From the IMG/VR virus record IMGVR_UViG_2526164689_000027, positions 1 to 16,182 of that record: DNA of 16,182 nucleotides; one strand, 5' to 3'. Positions within the stretch are counted from its first letter, which is position 1, and each line of letters begins with the position of its first letter. The translations under genes were made by a program, and so were the position numbers. This document shows positions 12,075 to 16,182 of the stretch, piece by piece. Under the pieces are notes generated by a model. That model worked only from the letters and a program-made list of their open reading frames with translations. It did not search any database and was not told the origin of the DNA. The DNA is from a virus (taxonomy: Duplodnaviria > Heunggongvirae > Uroviricota > Caudoviricetes).

Positions 12075-14546
12075 ATGAGTAAAGTCTTTATTTGCGCCGC
12101 CATTCCGGACGAACAGGCAATAAAAGAAGAGGGCGCAGTTGCTGTAGCCACTGCCATTGAAGCCGGTGATGAACGCCGCGCCCGTGCCAAATTTACCTGG
12201 CAATTCCTGGAGCAATATCCTGCTGCTCAGGACTGCGCTTATAAATTTCTTGTCTGCGAAGATAAACCTGGCATGCCCCGCCCTGCTATCGACTCCTGGG
12301 ATACCGAATATATGCAGGAAAACCGCTGGGATGAGGAATCCGCTTCCTTTATTCCGGTCGAACCAGAATCCGATCCTATTAACGTCAATTTTGACAAGCT
12401 GTCCCTTGAAGTACAGAACGCGGTCCTGGTTAAGTTCGGTACATGTGAAAACATCACCGTTGATATGGCGATTGACGCGCAGGAATTACTGCAAGAAGAC
12501 GTGGCTACCTTTGACGGACATATCGTTGAAGCACTGATGAAAACGCCTGAAATTAACGCTATGTATCCGGAACGCAAACTGTTCGCTATCGGATGGGTTA
12601 AACACAAATGTAAGCCGGGTACCAAATGGCCCGAAATTCAGGCTGAATTACGTAACTGGAAAAAACGGCAGGACGCAGAGCGCAAAGAGACTGGAAAATA
12701 CACGTCTGTTGTTGATCTTGCCCGCGCCAAAGCCAACCGACAGCACACTGAAAACCCAGCAGAAAAAATCCCTCCTGTAACTGCCGCCATTCATCGCGAA
12801 TACAAGCAGACATGGAAAACCCTGGACAGGGAGCTGGCCTACTATCTCTGGCCTGGTGATGCGGATGCCGGAAACATTGACGGCAGCATCCTTCGCTGGG
12901 CTAAAAATGAAGTTATCGCCAGAGATCGCGAAGACTGGAAGCGCATCTCCGCATCAATGCGCAAACAACCTGATGCGCTTCGCTACAGCCGCCAGACTAT
13001 TTTTGGCCTTGTCCGTGAACGTCCGATCGACATTCACAAAGACCCTGTGGCACTGAACAAATACATTACTGAATACCTGACTACAAAGGGCGTGTTTGAA
13101 GATGAAGGAAGAAATCAGAGCGCAACTGATACTCTCTCGTCGCCAGTACCAGAAACTGATGCAGTGGAAACGGCAATTCAGGACAACGAAAAAACCGAAT
13201 GCAAAGTGGAAGTCGAATCATCTGTAGAGCGTGAGGGGCCGTTCTACTTCCTCTTCAGCGACAAGGATGGCGAAAAATACGGTCGTGCAAACAAACTTTC
13301 TGGTCTGAATAAGGCGCTGGCTGCAGGGGCTACTGAAATCACGAAAGAAGAATATTTTGCCCGCAAAAACGGTACATACTCAGGTTCACAACAAAATACT
13401 GGTGCATCTGACACGATCGCACAACCGGAGCCGGTAAAAGTTACCGCTGACGAAGTAAACAAAATTATGCAGGCAGCCAATATCAGCCAGCCTGACGCCG
13501 ATAAGTTGCTTGCTGTATCACGTGGTGAATTTGTTGCAGGGATTAGCGACCCGAATGATCCGAAATGGGTGAAGGAGATTGAAACCCGCGATTCAGTGAA
13601 TCAGAACCAGCAAGAAACGGAACAGAACGACCAGAAAGCGGAACAAAACAGCCCAAATGCGTTACAAAACGAGCCAGAAACGAAACAATCCGAACCAGTA
13701 GTGCAACAGGAACCGGAAAAAGTCTGCACCGCCTGCGGTCAGAGCGGTGGCGGCAACTGCCCCGATTGTGGCGCTGTCATGGGCAACGCAACATACCAGG
13801 AAACATTCGATGAAGAGAATCAGGTTGAAGCTCAGGAGAATGATCCGGAGGAAATGGAAGGCGCTGAACATCCACACAAGGAGAACACTGGCGGCAATCA
13901 GCATCACGCCAGCGATAGTGAAACTGGCGAGGCGGCAGATCCCTTAATTAAGGTGAATGGTCATCACAATCTCACATCCACCAGCAGAGCGGGGATTCAT
14001 CTGATGATCGACATTGAAACCATGGGAAAAAATCCCAATGCCGCGATTATCTCAATAGGCGCAATATTTTTCGATCCACAAACCGGAGATATGGGACCGG
14101 AATTTAGCAAGACCATCGATCTGGATACTGCTGGCGGAGTTATTGATCGTGACGTCATTAAATGGTGGCTGAAGCAATCACGTGAAGCGCAGTCTGCCAT
14201 TCTGACCGATGAAATCCCGTTAGATGATGCACTACTGCAATTGCGGGAATTTATCGCCGAAAACTCCGGTGAATTTTTTGTTCAGGTCTGGGGAAATGGA
14301 GCCAACTTCGACAACGTGATTTTACGCCGTTCATACGAACGGCAGGGGATCCCCTGCCCCTGGCACTACCACAACGATCGCGATGTACGCACAATCGTTG
14401 AGCTAGGGAAAGCCATAGACTTCGATGCCAGAACAGCTATCCCATTCGAAGGTGAGCGCCACAATGCACTTGATGACGCCCGTTACCAGGCAAAATACGT
14501 TTCAGCTATCTGGCAAAAACTGATCCCGAGTCAGGCTGATTTTTAA
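12075..14546 (+). CDS. Large prophage exonuclease (823 aa): unassigned N-terminal region, Cys4 zinc ribbon, C-terminal DEDDh 3'-5' exonuclease domain
   Basis: ATG at 12075 with GAGG SD. C-terminal motifs MIDIETMG (Exo I), WGNGANFDNVIL (Exo II) and HNALDDARYQ (Exo III) define a DnaQ-like DEDDh exonuclease. CTACGQSGGGNCPDCG (about 13721-13775) is a CxxC...CxxC zinc ribbon. Position corresponds to Qin ydfE, which I recall as a 306-aa IS-truncated remnant in K-12. Confidence 0.75.
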   Translation: MSKVFICAAIPDEQAIKEEGAVAVATAIEAGDERRARAKFTWQFLEQYPAAQDCAYKFLVCEDKPGMPRPAIDSWDTEYMQENRWDEESASFIPVEPESDPINVNFDKLSLEVQNAVLVKFGTCENITVDMAIDAQELLQEDVATFDGHIVEALMKTPEINAMYPERKLFAIGWVKHKCKPGTKWPEIQAELRNWKKRQDAERKETGKYTSVVDLARAKANRQHTENPAEKIPPVTAAIHREYKQTWKTLDRELAYYLWPGDADAGNIDGSILRWAKNEVIARDREDWKRISASMRKQPDALRYSRQTIFGLVRERPIDIHKDPVALNKYITEYLTTKGVFEDEGRNQSATDTLSSPVPETDAVETAIQDNEKTECKVEVESSVEREGPFYFLFSDKDGEKYGRANKLSGLNKALAAGATEITKEEYFARKNGTYSGSQQNTGASDTIAQPEPVKVTADEVNKIMQAANISQPDADKLLAVSRGEFVAGISDPNDPKWVKEIETRDSVNQNQQETEQNDQKAEQNSPNALQNEPETKQSEPVVQQEPEKVCTACGQSGGGNCPDCGAVMGNATYQETFDEENQVEAQENDPEEMEGAEHPHKENTGGNQHHASDSETGEAADPLIKVNGHHNLTSTSRAGIHLMIDIETMGKNPNAAIISIGAIFFDPQTGDMGPEFSKTIDLDTAGGVIDRDVIKWWLKQSREAQSAILTDEIPLDDALLQLREFIAENSGEFFVQVWGNGANFDNVILRRSYERQGIPCPWHYHNDRDVRTIVELGKAIDFDARTAIPFEGERHNALDDARYQAKYVSAIWQKLIPSQADF

Positions 14547-14615
14547 TGTTCAACCATCGCCGGTTGTGACTGGTATTCTGCAACCGGCCCTCATCTGATG
14601 TAAGAGATAAAAGCG

Positions 14616-14867
14616 ATGAGCGAAGTAATCATGATTGTCTCTCCCGGTAAATGGGTATCCGAAGAGCAGTTAATTGCGCTGAAAGGAATAAAAAAAGGTA
14701 CGTTAAAAAAGGCCCGGGAAAAATCGTTTATGGAAGGAAGGGAATATAAGCATGTCGCTCATGACGGTATGCCATGGGATAACAGTCCATGCTTTTACAA
14801 CCTGGAAGAAATTGATCGCTGGATTGAGCGCCAGGCATCTGCAAGACCAAGACGTCATCTTGCTTGA
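14616..14867 (+). CDS. Excisionase-like protein (83 aa)
   Basis: Small basic protein directly upstream of the integrase; WVSEEQLIALKGIKKGTLKKAREKSFMEGREYKH is consistent with a winged-helix Xis fold. Start is uncertain (14616 or 14631). Confidence 0.5.
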   Translation: MSEVIMIVSPGKWVSEEQLIALKGIKKGTLKKAREKSFMEGREYKHVAHDGMPWDNSPCFYNLEEIDRWIERQASARPRRHLA

Positions 14868-14901
14868 CTAAAAGCAACACGAACCAATGAGAGAAGCTGA
14901 A

Positions 14902-16182
14902 ATGAAATATCCGACAGGCGTGGAAAACCATGGAGGGAAATTACGTATCTGGTTTGTTTATAAAGGTGTAAGAGTCCGGGAAAATCTTGGGGTTCCTGAC
15001 ACAGCAAAAAACAGGCGCATTGCAGGTGAGCTACGCGCCTCTGTTTGTTACGCAATAAAAACTGGCGCTTTCGACTATGCAAAACAGTTTCCCGCCTCAC
15101 ACAATCTGGAAAAATTTGGTGAGGCCCGACAAGATTTAACCATAAAAGAACTGGCTGAAAAATTTCTGGCACTGAAAGAAACTGAAGTCGCAAAAACGTC
15201 ACTCAACACGTACCGTGCCGTCATCAAAAATATTCTGAGCATAATCGGTGAAAAAAATCTTGCATCATCGATTAATAAAGAAAAATTGCTGGCGGTACGT
15301 AAAGAGTTACTGACTGGATACCAGATCCCCAAAAGTAACTATATTGTTACACAACCAGGGAGATCGGCTGTTACCGTAAATAATTACATGACAAATCTTT
15401 ACGCCGTGTTCCAGTTTGGTGTTGATAACGGTTATCTGGCAGACAATCCATTTAAGGGGATCTCACCATTAAAGGAGTCGAGAACCATCCCGGATCCACT
15501 TTCGCGGGAGGAGTTTATCCGCCTTATTGACGCGTGCAGAAATCAGCAAGCCAAAAATTTATGGTGTGTTTCCGTTTATACTGGGATTCGCCCTGGTGAA
15601 CTCTGTGCGCTTGGATGGGAAGATATAGATCTGAAAAATGGAACAATGATAATCAGAAGAAATCTGGCAAAAGACCGTTTTACAGTACCAAAAACACAGG
15701 CGGGAACCAATCGTGTGATTCACCTTATTAAGCCCGCAATCGACGCTCTCCGGAGTCAGATGGCACTAACGAGACTGAGCAAAGAGCATATCATCGATGT
15801 TCACCTCAGAGAATTCGGCAGAACAGAGAAACAAAAATGTACCTTTGTTTTTCAACCTGAAGTGTCAGCGAAAGTAAAAAATTATGGTGACCATTTTACC
15901 GTTGACTCAATAAGGCAGATGTGGGACGCAGCGGTAAAGCGTGCCGGAATCCGCCATCGCAAATCGTATCAGTCGAGACACACTTATGCCTGCTGGTCGT
16001 TAACAGCAGGAGCTAACCCGGCATTCATTGCAAACCAGATGGGCCATGCAGATGCGCAAATGGTGTTTCAGGTGTACGGGAAATGGATGTCAGAAAATAA
16101 TAATGCGCAGGTAACGCTGTTAAATACACAGTTAAGCGAGTTTGCCCCAACCATGCCCCATAACGAAGCGATGAAAAGTTAA
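14902..16182 (+). CDS. Tyrosine-type phage integrase (426 aa from ATG 14902; alternative ATG 14887)
   Basis: Catalytic-domain signature RPGELCALGWEDID ... SRHTYACWSLTAGANPAFIANQMGHADAQMVFQVYGKWM (R, H-x-x-R, G-H, Y). N-terminus MKYPTGVENHGGKLRIWF is typical of lambdoid prophage integrases. The stop TAA is at 16180-16182, the window end. Confidence 0.85.
   Translation: MKYPTGVENHGGKLRIWFVYKGVRVRENLGVPDTAKNRRIAGELRASVCYAIKTGAFDYAKQFPASHNLEKFGEARQDLTIKELAEKFLALKETEVAKTSLNTYRAVIKNILSIIGEKNLASSINKEKLLAVRKELLTGYQIPKSNYIVTQPGRSAVTVNNYMTNLYAVFQFGVDNGYLADNPFKGISPLKESRTIPDPLSREEFIRLIDACRNQQAKNLWCVSVYTGIRPGELCALGWEDIDLKNGTMIIRRNLAKDRFTVPKTQAGTNRVIHLIKPAIDALRSQMALTRLSKEHIIDVHLREFGRTEKQKCTFVFQPEVSAKVKNYGDHFTVDSIRQMWDAAVKRAGIRHRKSYQSRHTYACWSLTAGANPAFIANQMGHADAQMVFQVYGKWMSENNNAQVTLLNTQLSEFAPTMPHNEAMKS

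Larger units (their letters stand above)
1..16182. mobile_element. Lambdoid prophage segment (Qin / DicA-immunity type); both ends run off the window
   Basis: Gene order and orientation follow lambdoid architecture: divergent repressor/cro pair, O/P-like replication genes, nin-type genes with RusA, Q-like gene followed by promoter plus terminator, and on the other strand dicB-operon genes, exonuclease, xis and int. The integrase stop codon is the last 3 nt of the window, so the att site lies beyond it. Confidence 0.8.

Noticed and set aside
12157-14200. Several internal or antisense ORFs within the exonuclease gene
   Set aside because: All overlap an 823-aa frame with clear catalytic motifs; they are shadow frames.
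1-16182. CRISPR arrays, IS elements or transposase genes
   Set aside because: No regularly spaced repeat-spacer structure, no terminal inverted repeats with a transposase-like ORF; the only repeat clusters are the ori iterons and operator copies.

Overview
This window reads as one continuous segment of a lambdoid prophage of the E. coli Qin / DicA-immunity type; all product assignments are from reading the supplied six-frame translations and recalling family sequences, with no searches run. Minus strand (rightward phage operon), from high to low coordinates: Cro-like DicC, a cII-position protein, O-like initiator with internal ori iterons, P-like helicase loader, nin-type small genes, ORF6N protein, Hok toxin, DUF968 protein, RusA, Q-like antiterminator, a late promoter with short terminated transcript, and the 5' part of a NanS-p-like esterase running off the left edge. 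Plus strand (leftward operon): DicA-like repressor, YdfA-like protein, an unassigned 216-aa protein, DicF sRNA, DicB, YdfD, an 823-aa exonuclease, excisionase-like protein and tyrosine integrase ending at the right edge. Neither attachment site is in the window. The best candidates for something undescribed are the 216-aa protein with its abutting convergent 69-aa ORF (10177-11037), and a HigB-2/HigA-2-like toxin-antitoxin pair inserted antisense beside Hok (3965-4646). I saw no tRNA, CRISPR array, IS element or Shiga-toxin gene.
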